NCBI GenBank assembly: GCA_951406725.2
Contig: OX597814.1
Span: forward strand, 12,896,001 to 12,960,000
Direction of reading: 5' to 3'
Length of the DNA stretch: 64,000 nucleotides
From: Octopus vulgaris
Taxonomy: Eukaryota
Shown: piece by piece, positions 55,169 through 64,000 of the stretch
How positions within the stretch are numbered: position 1 is the first letter of the stretch
Layout: each line of letters opens with the position of its first letter
Position numbers and translations under genes: made by a program
The notes under the pieces: generated by a model
What the model was told of the DNA's origin: nothing
Database searches by the model: none
Seen by the model: the letters and a program-made list of their open reading frames with translations, nothing else

Positions 55169-55695
55169 CTATTGAAGCCGTCTTGAATTGAAAACTTTGG
55201 AAGCCCCATGTAAGGTAAGATTCTGTTTTCTGGGTCCAGTGGGAGTTTTTGTTGAGAATTGTTTTTTACAGGCAGGAAGTCCTACTGGATTCAGAATTCT
55301 GATTCTGCCGACATGTGGCAAATATATTTTTCTCGCTGAGAAAATTTTGGGGGCGTATCTGTCTTCGATAAATTGAGTAAATAATTTTCTCACGTAATTG
55401 TGAGAATTGTATTGTGCTGTGAAGAACTTTTATGAATTGTGAAAACTACTACTTCGCAAGAAAATTATAAAAATGAATATTTTTGCTGTGTTTTTTCTGT
55501 TTATTAACTTTCTTTTGAACTTCATTTAACCCCCCCTTTTGTTTTTTTTCTTTATTGCGACTTTCCGTTGATTTCTTCCCTTCTGTTGTGCTTTCTCCTT
55601 TTTGTTTTTTCAAAAATCTATCAAATTTTATTTGGACTTTTGAACTTTTTTCTTCCTGCTTTTTGAGTTTAATTTGAATATATTTAAAAAAAAAC

Positions 55696-56939
55696 ATGGC
55701 AATGAAAAATAACAAAATTTTGGAGTGGGAAATCATACCACCTAAAAAGTGGTTAAAAGACCGTGAAGATAGGACGGTGGTGTTGAGAACCTACTCCAAG
55801 GCACTCGACACCATCGCCCTATTCGAAAAGACGGCAATTGAGGAGGAGTTGGAAGAGTATTTGCCAACAATTAAATTCATTTCCAGGGGTGTCAAATATG
55901 CAACGGTGTGGTTGCTATTTGACACCCCTGAAGAGGCTTGCAAATTTGCTAGCAAACCCCTGGAGGGTAAGGAAATCTTATTCCTGCCCACGTACAAAAA
56001 AAAGAAATTGATGAAAGCTTGGATCTGCGGATTGCCACCCGACATAGAACCCGAGTGGATAGAGGAGACTATCCGCCGGGGTCTGGGTGACAGCGAAACT
56101 AAGCTCCTCAATGTAAAAGTTCTTCCTGCGGCTGCTTGGGTTGGGTCAAAAGCAATTTTGACCCTGTGGACTCCAATCAGCCAATCTGGTTCTTCCAGAT
56201 TTTTTGAAAATGGCCGGGTGCAGGTACCCGGTGATGCTTGAGGGTCGCCCCCCTAAGTGTCATCGGTGCTTGGAGTCCGGCCACATAAAGAAGAACTGTC
56301 CTCGGGAACAAAATAGGATCCCGGAACAGTTAAGTAAAACCCCTCTAGAAGAGGGAACGATAACGGCCGAGAAAGCAGAGGACTCCTCAAACAGAGGCCG
56401 AAAGAGGAAGGTGAGCAACAATGGGTGCTCACCAAAGGATAATAGGGATGAGGAGAGGAAGGCGAATCTTCCAGCCACGGAGGAGACGCACCCTCCCTCA
56501 GTTGAAAAGGGAAAAAAAAGAAAAAGAGGAAGAAAAACGGGACATTACCGGCTGTCAGTGTAGCACCGGAATGTCCCGGAACTACGTCGGTTGGGGTTGT
56601 GCCACCGACAAGAGAAGGAATACCGTTGGCGGAACTGTGCCGCCAACGAAAGAACTGAACGTATTGGTCCTCTTCTATAGAGGAGGAGAAATTGAAAAAG
56701 TGATGGAAGAGCACTACAAGGGAGCACCTTTAGCCTTCACACAGGACCCCGAATGGCCTCCGCAGGTAGCTGTGGAGGCCGTGGCGTTCGACGTGACGCT
56801 TGGGCTAAAGGAGCTCAATGAAGATTATAACTTGGTCCCGGGCGACGCGAACTCGGAACTTGATTACGTTCTGAGGGAGGCGTGGTTGATGGTGGAGGGC
56901 GCGGGCACAAGCTATTTCGAGGACGATATGTATTATTAG
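55696..56939 (+). pseudogene. L1/Tx1-type ORF1 (gag-like) protein, about 410 aa, at least two frameshifts
   Basis: Overlapping ORFs 55696-56241, 56204-56563 and 56421-56939. RRM-like YATVWLLFDTPEEA and WICGLPPDI, then LPDFLKMAGCRYPVMLEGRPPKCHRCLESGHIKKNC (C-x2-C-x4-H-x4-C), a basic low-complexity linker and an acidic C-terminal domain. Confidence 0.85.
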
Positions 56940-57066
56940 TAATGGACTTAAGTCCAAAAATTGAAAAATTGTAAGAGGATTAATACCTCGTTTTGTATTA
57001 ATAATGGACTGCTAAGTCCAAAAATTGGAAAAATTGTAAGAGGTTTAATACCTCGTTTTGTGTTTA
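56940..57066 (+). repeat. Two ~63-bp tandem units at the start of the 3' UTR
   Basis: taatggact..taagtccaaaaattg.aaaaattgtaagagg.ttaatacctcgttttgt twice. Confidence 0.9.
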
Positions 57067-57235
57067 TCCTTTAAAAAGAACAATGTTTTAGAGAAGCGAA
57101 AGTCGGCGGGCGCTTTTTGTCTTCTCCCATCCTTATCATCTTTCTTTCATTATCATTCACCTCATTAATGTCCTCGTCCAGCCCGCAAAGCTAACTTAAT
57201 CTGTGTACTGCCTTTATGGCAAATGTTTTGAAATA

Positions 57236-57606
57236 AAGTAGCGTGCTAACCAACCACATGGTTCCGGGTTCAGTCCCACTGCGTGGCATCTTGGGCAAGT
57301 GTCTTCTGCTATAGCCTCGGGCCGACCAATGCCTTGTGAGTGGATTTGGTAGACGGAAACTGAAAAGAAGCCTGTCGTATATATGTATATATATGTGTGT
57401 GTGTGTGGCTGTGGCTGTCCCCCTAGCAACCGATGCTGGTGTGTTTACGTCCCCGTCACTTAGCGGTTCGGCAAAAGAGACCCATAGAATAAGTACTGGG
57501 CTTACAAAGAATAAGTCCCGGGGTCGATTTGCTCGACTAAAGGCGGTGCTCCAGCATGGCCGCAGTCAAATGATTGAAACAAGTAACAGAGTAAAAGAGA
57601 AAGAGT
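57236..57606 (+). mobile_element. SINE family B, body and tail (continuation of 55072-55107)
   Basis: Resumes ccaaccacatggttccgggttcagtccc...gggcaagtgtcttc...gaaacaagtaacagagtaaaagag. Confidence 0.92.
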
Positions 57607-57999
57607 AATTGCTTATACAAGTTGGATTACGTGACAATTTAAGTCATACAATTTAAGTTATAAATCGATGATTTCTACGTTGAGAATGCATTCGTTGGTA
57701 GGTTTGTGTTGATGTGGAACTAAACTGATTAGCGCTGATTTTTATCTATCCTAACTAAAAATACTAATATGGAGAACAGGAAATACTCTTTCATTAGTTG
57801 CTGTAGTTTAGCATAAACGGGGAGATTTAATATGCACATACCTATATGTGCGTGTATAATGTTATGATTTGCCTTGCTCCCCTTCCTTTAGAGAAGACGT
57901 TTAAAAGAAATAATCTTTCCCAAAATATATTGATAGCATTTTTCTTATACGAAACTAGAATGCTAACTGGGACGATGTTGAATCGGCTTTGTGAATTAA

Positions 58000-58745
58000 T
58001 GATGTTAATTAAAAAAAAAAAACGTCCTCACCGCTTTCGAAAATGGTTTTATTATGACTGAAAGATATTCTGCGTAAAAGTGGTGTAAGATCAGAAATAC
58101 GAGGGAAAGGTTTAACCGATAATATTATCGTCTCAGCGCTCGAGAAATCCATCAGTGGGATTTGAACTCCTACATTCGAAACGAGAATGTAAACAATAAT
58201 GCATACTATTTTGACCAACTATCTGAGGACTCTACCTATTCCCCATTTTAATACGCCTGCAAACCAATATTATTTATTGTCATTGTTTATACTGACTTCA
58301 TAATTATCTGTAGTTATCTTTTTAATGTTCATGCATGGAATATAATCGTTCTATCTTAAAAACTTGATGTTAATTACATTGTTGGAGACGAAAAAAAAAA
58401 CAACGTCCTCACCGCTTTCGAAAATAGTTTTATTATGACTGAAAAATAGTTTGTGTAAAAGAGGTGTAAGATCAGAAATACGAGGGAAAGGTTTAACCGA
58501 TAAAATTATCATCTCAGCGCTCGAGAAATCCATCAGTGGGATTTGAACTCCTACATTCGAATCGAGAATGTAAACAATAATGCAGAATATTTTGACCAAC
58601 TATCTGAGGACTCTACCTATTCCCCATTTTAATACGCCTGCAAACCAATATTATTTATTGTCATTGTTTATACTGACTGCATAATTATCTGTAGTTATCT
58701 TTTTAATGTTCATGCATGAAATATAATCGTTCTATCTTAAAAACT
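58000..58745. repeat. Tandem duplication, period about 381 bp
   Basis: aacgtcctcaccgctttcgaaaat at 58021 and 58402. The two units are nearly identical through tctatcttaaaaact. Confidence 0.95.
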
Positions 58746-59084
58746 GCTTTTGATGAGAATTGTATCTCTGATGTTTTAGTCCATTGTCTGAGTTATCTAA
58801 TAACCGCTGTAATATGTTACGAAATTATAAAACTAAGAAGCAAATCGTTATTCTCTTTAATCTTTAGGCCAGAATTTATGTGTGTTAAGCAATAATACAA
58901 TCCAAAAACAAATAACAAATTCAGTCTAAACATATACGAATATTAAAATTCATGCATCGTGTTTTAGAACATTACAATTTATCATAGAGTCAGCAATTGT
59001 AATCGAATTGCAATAATGTGTATTGAACTGTCTGTTAATTTCATTGCTAAGATAGATACAAATTTCACTACATTTAAATTTTTA

Positions 59085-59425
59085 GCGCAGGCGTGTGTAA
59101 GAAATTTACTTCACAACCGTATTGTTCCAGGTTCAGTCCCATTGTGTAGTACCTTGGACAAGTGTCTTCTACTATAGCCACGGGCTGCCGAAATCTTTGT
59201 GAGTGAAATTGTTTGATTGAAATTGATAGAAACGTGTCGTGCCCATGCGCACGCGTTGTTTGCCCTATCACTGCTTGACAACAGGTGTTAGTGTGTTATG
59301 TTCCCATTGGAAAAAAGGTCGATAGAATAGGTCCTAGGCTTTAAAAATTAAAGAATAATTACTGTTCGACCAAAATTCTTCAATGCAGTTGAAGGCAGAC
59401 ACAACTAAATCTTAAAAGATAAAGA
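59085..59425 (+). mobile_element. SINE family B, old diverged copy
   Basis: gcgcaggcgtg, ggttcagtccc, accttggacaagtgtcttctactatagcc, gcttgacaac, gatagaatag, (aaagat)n tail. Confidence 0.8.
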
Positions 59426-59499
59426 TACACGATAACTGAAAAGATATTAGATGCATTTAAGACATAATTTAGGAAGATAGACATAATCTTTTACCCTAT

Positions 59500-61255
59500 T
59501 GGTCCATTTAAACCAACCTAAAGTTTTTGATAGGGTTGACCATTGGTACCCGGCGGAGGCCCTTTAGGCAGCCGGGTTTAGCCCTACCTTCCGTGGGTGC
59601 ATCACTGCTTTACACAGCGACATCAAATCGATCGTTCGGGTGAACGGGTTTTTCATGGAACCGTTCTGCATCGAGGGCTCTGTGTATCAAGGATGTCCCT
59701 CTTCATCCCTTCCAATATGTGATGTCTCTTGAGAATTTACTGCGTAAGTTGGAGGGCATGTGAGGCGCCTTGCGTGATCTAGGATGAGGAAGGTCAGTAA
59801 CGGCGTATGCGGACGACATCACCATCATCGTATCGGATGTCAAGCATCTACAGTGGGTAGGTAAGTCCATTAAAGAATGCTAGGCGGTGGCAGGAGCAAA
59901 ACTTAACCAGAAGTCGGTTAGTTTGCAGCTAGGCACCTGGAGAGGCAAGTCCATACCGTCCAAAAGCGTCGTGGGACGTTGGCCGGACGGTCCGGTTAGG
60001 GGCTTGGTTCAGCCCAGACATCGAGATAGAGAAGAACCGGTGAGAGTTTACGAACAGGGTGACTCACCACCAAGGATCTAATCTGAACGGTGGTTATTCC
60101 TGAAAGGGAGCGGAGGTCGCAAATGTGCTTCTGGCATCTGTGATTACTTGCAGCCTATCCCTCGTGCCTTTGTCCCTATTTGTGGCTAAGCAACTTGAAA
60201 CGATTGCCCTTTCGCTTTTCGTGCTATCTGCTGCCAACAGCCGTTGAAGGGTGGCTAAGGGTGCCGTTGCTGATGATGTGCAGGCATGCGCTGATGCTAA
60301 GGCATCTTTTCCACTAATTGGATGGTGAACGGGTGTGGGCTCCGTTTGTCAAGCTGATACTTCCTCGATTTACTAGTTTAGGTGAACTGGAGCCATGTAT
60401 CAACTTTAGTCCAAAGTCGGGAGCGTGGCAAGAAGAATTCCAGTAGTTTCTCGAGCTTCACTTCCGAAGGGGTAATACCGGTGGCGAGGGTTCCATTTCG
60501 TCATTCTACAGAGCGTTAGTAGAAGCCAAGTGTGACGGCGCTCTGGTTTGTTCCAACATTTGGGCTGGGGTCTTTTGACAACTTCCAGAGGTCACTGGCT
60601 TGACAGTTTTACCGAGGCGCCTTATCATTTCGAGATAAACTCGCCAGGCACGGCTCTTCGTGCCAATCCACGTACCCGAGATGTGAGAGCAGAGCAGTGA
60701 AACTGTTTTGCACGCTATTGTACAGTGTCTGAAGTAATCAGGTTGTGGATTTATGTCGAACACCTGCTGTTACGTTCAGGAAGATGACAGCTGTCTTTTG
60801 ACTCCCTTGGCAAAAGAAAGGAAGCATTGTCTTCTTGCTGTAGTAGCGACTGCAGAAGTAGTTGTGTGGAAGTCTCGCGTGAAAGGAGTAGTAACAGGTG
60901 ACTTCATCTCCAACCGAGGATTAGTAAACTTTTTTTCCTAACTCAAAGGAAAATCAAACTGGAGAGGTGTTGACTAGCCCTAAGTATAAACGAAAAAGAT
61001 GGAAGAAAGTGGCGCATATATTGAGAGTGAAAGTGCCTACTTAAGGGATGATATAAAGGGTTCTGAAAAGGTCCAGTGGCGGAAAGTGGTTTGTGGCGTC
61101 ACACCCGTCCATCAATTCATCATCATCATCATCAAATATATTTATTTTATTCATTATAAATTTGTATAAATAACTCTCCCCATTTGTGGGTAAATCACCC
61201 TCTGACCCTTTGTCTGACCCCTCTGTGTGTAAACCTTATGGTAAATATAACAATT
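59500..61255 (+). mobile_element. L1/Tx1-clade LINE, 5'-truncated ORF2 (RT + C-terminal Zn finger) and 3' UTR, decayed
   Basis: LVHLNQPKVFDRVDHWY, IVRVNGFFMEPF, SVYQGCP, TAYADDITIIVSD (about 59800-59838), GAKLNQKS, PRC...ETVLHAIVQC near 60670-60730. Confidence 0.9.
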
Positions 61256-61260
61256 AATTT

Positions 61261-63050
61261 GAAATCAGTCCGCCAAGTATTGGTGTCGTGAATTACGGTC
61301 AGTTTCACCTGTTATATTACAGTTGTTGTTTTTTTAAACTTTGTTATTGTGTGTTTGTAAAAGACTGTTGTTTCACTGCTTTGTAGCGGTCCAGTTGTTT
61401 TTTCCCCTTGTTTGAAGGGGCGCTATGATCAAATATGAAGATATAAGCTTATCCGACGTAGAATGTTCCGATGGTGAATTGATTTATTTCACGGGTGGCA
61501 TGGAGGAGGAGCTGGCATGAGGAGGAAAAGAAAAAAACGGAAAAATATATCAAAAGCTTTGCGGTGGCGGCCAGCGAATGTGTAATGTCGAGTTTGAAAG
61601 GTATGACTTTGGTAATATACCAAGATCTCTTGAGAAAGGATGGGTTGGAGGTAGAACTGACCCCTCCTAAGACAATTACGAGGCACATTTGCAAGAAAAC
61701 GGTGATATTTAAGACATTTGTCATCAAGGAGAAGAAAATTGAAATGACAACGAAGATACAAATTGAGAAGTGCTTGGAACCCATCTGGCCAGAAATATCG
61801 TACATTGGCAGGTGCGCCAGATATGCTACAGTGGAAATGCAGTTTGCAACGGACGAAAATGCCAGCCAACACTCCGTGGCCTACCTGAAAACAGAGGAAA
61901 TTATATTACTACCATCTTACCTTGGAAGACGTGCTTCCAGGATAAAGGTAGAGGAGATACCACTGGAGGTGGATGTTGCTCGGCAGGTAGCAGCGATTAC
62001 AGTGGGTTTGGAGGAGAAAATGTCAATCGTCCAAGCTACGAAAACACCAGCGCAGAACTGGCTAGGACAGGGACTGGAAATAGTCATCTAGGCTGCCCCG
62101 GAGGATTTGGAAAACATCATCGATACCATTGTTGTGGATGATAAGAGATTACGTGTTGTATTAGAGGGAAGAAAGCCGCTTTGAAATAAGTGTGGCCAGA
62201 AGTGTCACACAAGAGCAGAATGCTCGCCACCTCTCGCGAAGGCACTGGTGGTTCCACCGGTTGTAAGGGAATACGCACTCTCAGCTATTGCGGCGTCGAA
62301 AGAGGGAATATGCAAAGAGGAGCTATGTGCGACGGAAAAGGACAAACAAGTGGAGGAAGAAACAGCAAATAGATGACATAAAATCACCCAAAGAATCAGA
62401 AAGAAGAGGAAGCGAAATCACACCAGTGATGATGTCACCCACTCTACAAAAACCCTTGCATTCTCCACTCTACCCGCGCAGACACCAGTCCATGACCTGC
62501 CCCACCAAACAATGACGCCGAGACTGACCCTACAGACACACAAGCAAACATACACGGGTGCCCAAAATCTTCCAGCCCCCACCCTGTGAAAAGAGTTGTG
62601 TTATAGCTTTCAATGAGCTGAATAATGTGCGGAAGAAGGAAATAGACAGGTTAAAAGACATTGTGAAAATTGATATTCCTGCTTGTAGGAAGTATCTCTT
62701 AAACATGAGATGAGTTCTTGTTAGCAGAGGGCAGTTTCGCACACAGAAGGGGAAGTTAGAGAAAAGTTTGTGTCTTACAAACGTAGAAGCCGATATCGAA
62801 ACAATGCCATCTACGGTGAGCTTTCTAGATATTTTAGAATACGTAGAAAGACTTTCATAATGTAATAGGTTGTAAAATAGTTCAATGTTGTCACTCGGAG
62901 TGTGGGGTTCGAGTTGCTGTCATTCTAACTCTTTATTAATTTTCTCTCATCTTTTTCCGTTCGATTTTTCCCCCAATTATGTGATTTCGTCTGTTCGTGT
63001 GCTGTCCACTCCACGTTTAACTCTTTGTAAATGATTTAAAATAAATAAAT
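61261..63050 (+). mobile_element. Second ORF1-only L1/Tx1-type unit
   Basis: Leader, ORF1 pseudogene, ~190-bp pyrimidine-rich 3' UTR and aataaataaa at about 63040. No ORF2 follows; the leader is repeated instead. Confidence 0.75.
61495..62860 (+). pseudogene. L1/Tx1-type ORF1, homologous to 55696-56939, with stops and frameshifts
   Basis: KTVIFKTF, YIGRCARYATVEMQFAT, IILLPSYLGRR, VEEIPLEVD, VVLEGRKPL*NKCGQKCHTRAEC (knuckle whose first Cys became TGA). These align with RTVVLRTY, FISRGVKYATVWLLFDT, ILFLPTYKKK and LEGRPPKCHRC. Confidence 0.82.
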
Positions 63051-63052
63051 TC

Positions 63053-63270
63053 GAAATTGGTCTGCTAAGAGTTAGTGTCGTTATCTACGGTCAGTGTCGC
63101 TTGTTTTCTTGTTATATTACAGTTGGTAAATTCTTGAATATTGTTATTGTGTGTGTTTATTACACCATTGTTTTACTGCTCTGCGGCGGCCTTGTTATCG
63201 CTTCCCCCTATAATCTGCAGGGGTGTCTTGCAGAACCATAGTTGGTGGAAGCAATGTGGGAAGTCCACCA
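63053..63270 (+). mobile_element. Repeat of the 5' leader found at 61261-61420 (start of a further, truncated unit)
   Basis: gaaat..gtc.gc.aag..tt.gtgtcgt...tacggtcagt...tgttatattacagttg...ttgttattgtgtgt...actgct.tg..gcgg...ttcccc...agggg is shared by both. Confidence 0.8.
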
Positions 63271-63501
63271 TTATATGTAATCAAAATAAGCAACAAGTTT
63301 TAACTGATGTAATACTTGCATTGTTTAATTAAATGGAGTCGCATGAAACGATCGTACTGCATTACCTCTGGATATCCTTGTTGCTTATTTTGATTATAGT
63401 CACCCCATTTTGAATTATATTGATAACACCATACTAAATTCTGGTGCCTTTAACTTAAGTAACATATTCAACTGAATCTAAGTTTTTACTGAACTTATAT
63501 A

Positions 63502-63887
63502 TACTCTCTTACTCTCTTATTTGTTTCAGTCATTTGACTGCGGCCATGCTGGAGTACCACCTTTAGTCGAACAAATCGACCCCAGGACTTATTCTTTGTA
63601 AGCCTAGTACTTATTCTATCGGTCTCTTTTGCCGAACCGCTAAGTGACGGGGACATAAACACACCAGCATCGGTTGTCAGGCGATGTTGGAGTACATACA
63701 GACACACAAACATATACACAAGCATACACAAATATATATATACATATACATATATACGACGGGCTTCTTTCAGTTTCCATCTACCAAATCCACTCACAAG
63801 GCTTCGGTAGGCTCGAAGCTATAGTAGAAGACACTTGTCCAAGGTGCCACGCAGTGGGACTGAACCCGGAACCATGTGGTTGGTAAG
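63502..63887 (-). mobile_element. SINE family B, lacking about the first 32 nt
   Basis: Matches 32147-32535 closely. The minus strand starts at cttaccaaccacatgg. Confidence 0.92.
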
Positions 63888-64000
63888 ATGATATTTATAT
63901 AATATGTCTGTATCGAATTATCAGCCTTTTTGTGTCTGTTAGCATTGCCTTCTACAGACTCAACTTTTAAGTGTTACGATTTCCGTCTCTTCAACTCTCT

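Larger units (their letters stand above)
55108..57235 (+). mobile_element. ORF1-only (HAL1-like, 'half-L1/Tx1') non-LTR retroelement, full length with TSD
   Basis: 14-bp TSD aagtagcttgctaa (55094-55107) / aagtagcgtgctaa (57236-57249), ~590-bp 5' UTR, ORF1 with CCHC knuckle, ~300-bp 3' UTR ending at aataaa. No EN or RT sequence. Confidence 0.85.

Noticed and set aside
61261-63223. LTR retrotransposon interpretation of the repeats flanking ORF1
   Set aside because: No TG...CA termini, PBS, PPT or short TSD. The ORF1 is L1/Tx1-like and its homologue at 55 kb has non-LTR hallmarks.

Overview
This is not prokaryotic DNA. It is AT-rich, microsatellite-dense eukaryotic sequence whose SINEs look like those of coleoid cephalopods (most likely Octopus; recalled family resemblance, not a database result). 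I found no convincing host exon, rRNA, intact tRNA or CRISPR array, and almost all ORF-track entries are microsatellite or repeat artefacts. The window is a patchwork of mobile DNA: tRNA-derived SINEs, Penelope-like elements with hammerhead-ribozyme motifs and fold-backs, an RTE 3' fragment, a decayed Chapaev3-like transposon, Helitron ends, MITEs, and two arrays of R4/Dong-type RLE retrotransposon fragments sitting in (AAT)n tracts. The most notable system is at 55-63 kb. Two divergent L1/Tx1-type elements there encode only ORF1 (RRM-like region plus CCHC knuckle) with no ORF2. One is a complete 2.1 kb insertion with a 14-bp TSD splitting a SINE head. The other sits head-to-tail behind a Tx1-like ORF2 fragment and is bracketed by a repeated ~170-bp leader. 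Boundaries were read by eye and are approximate unless a junction is quoted.
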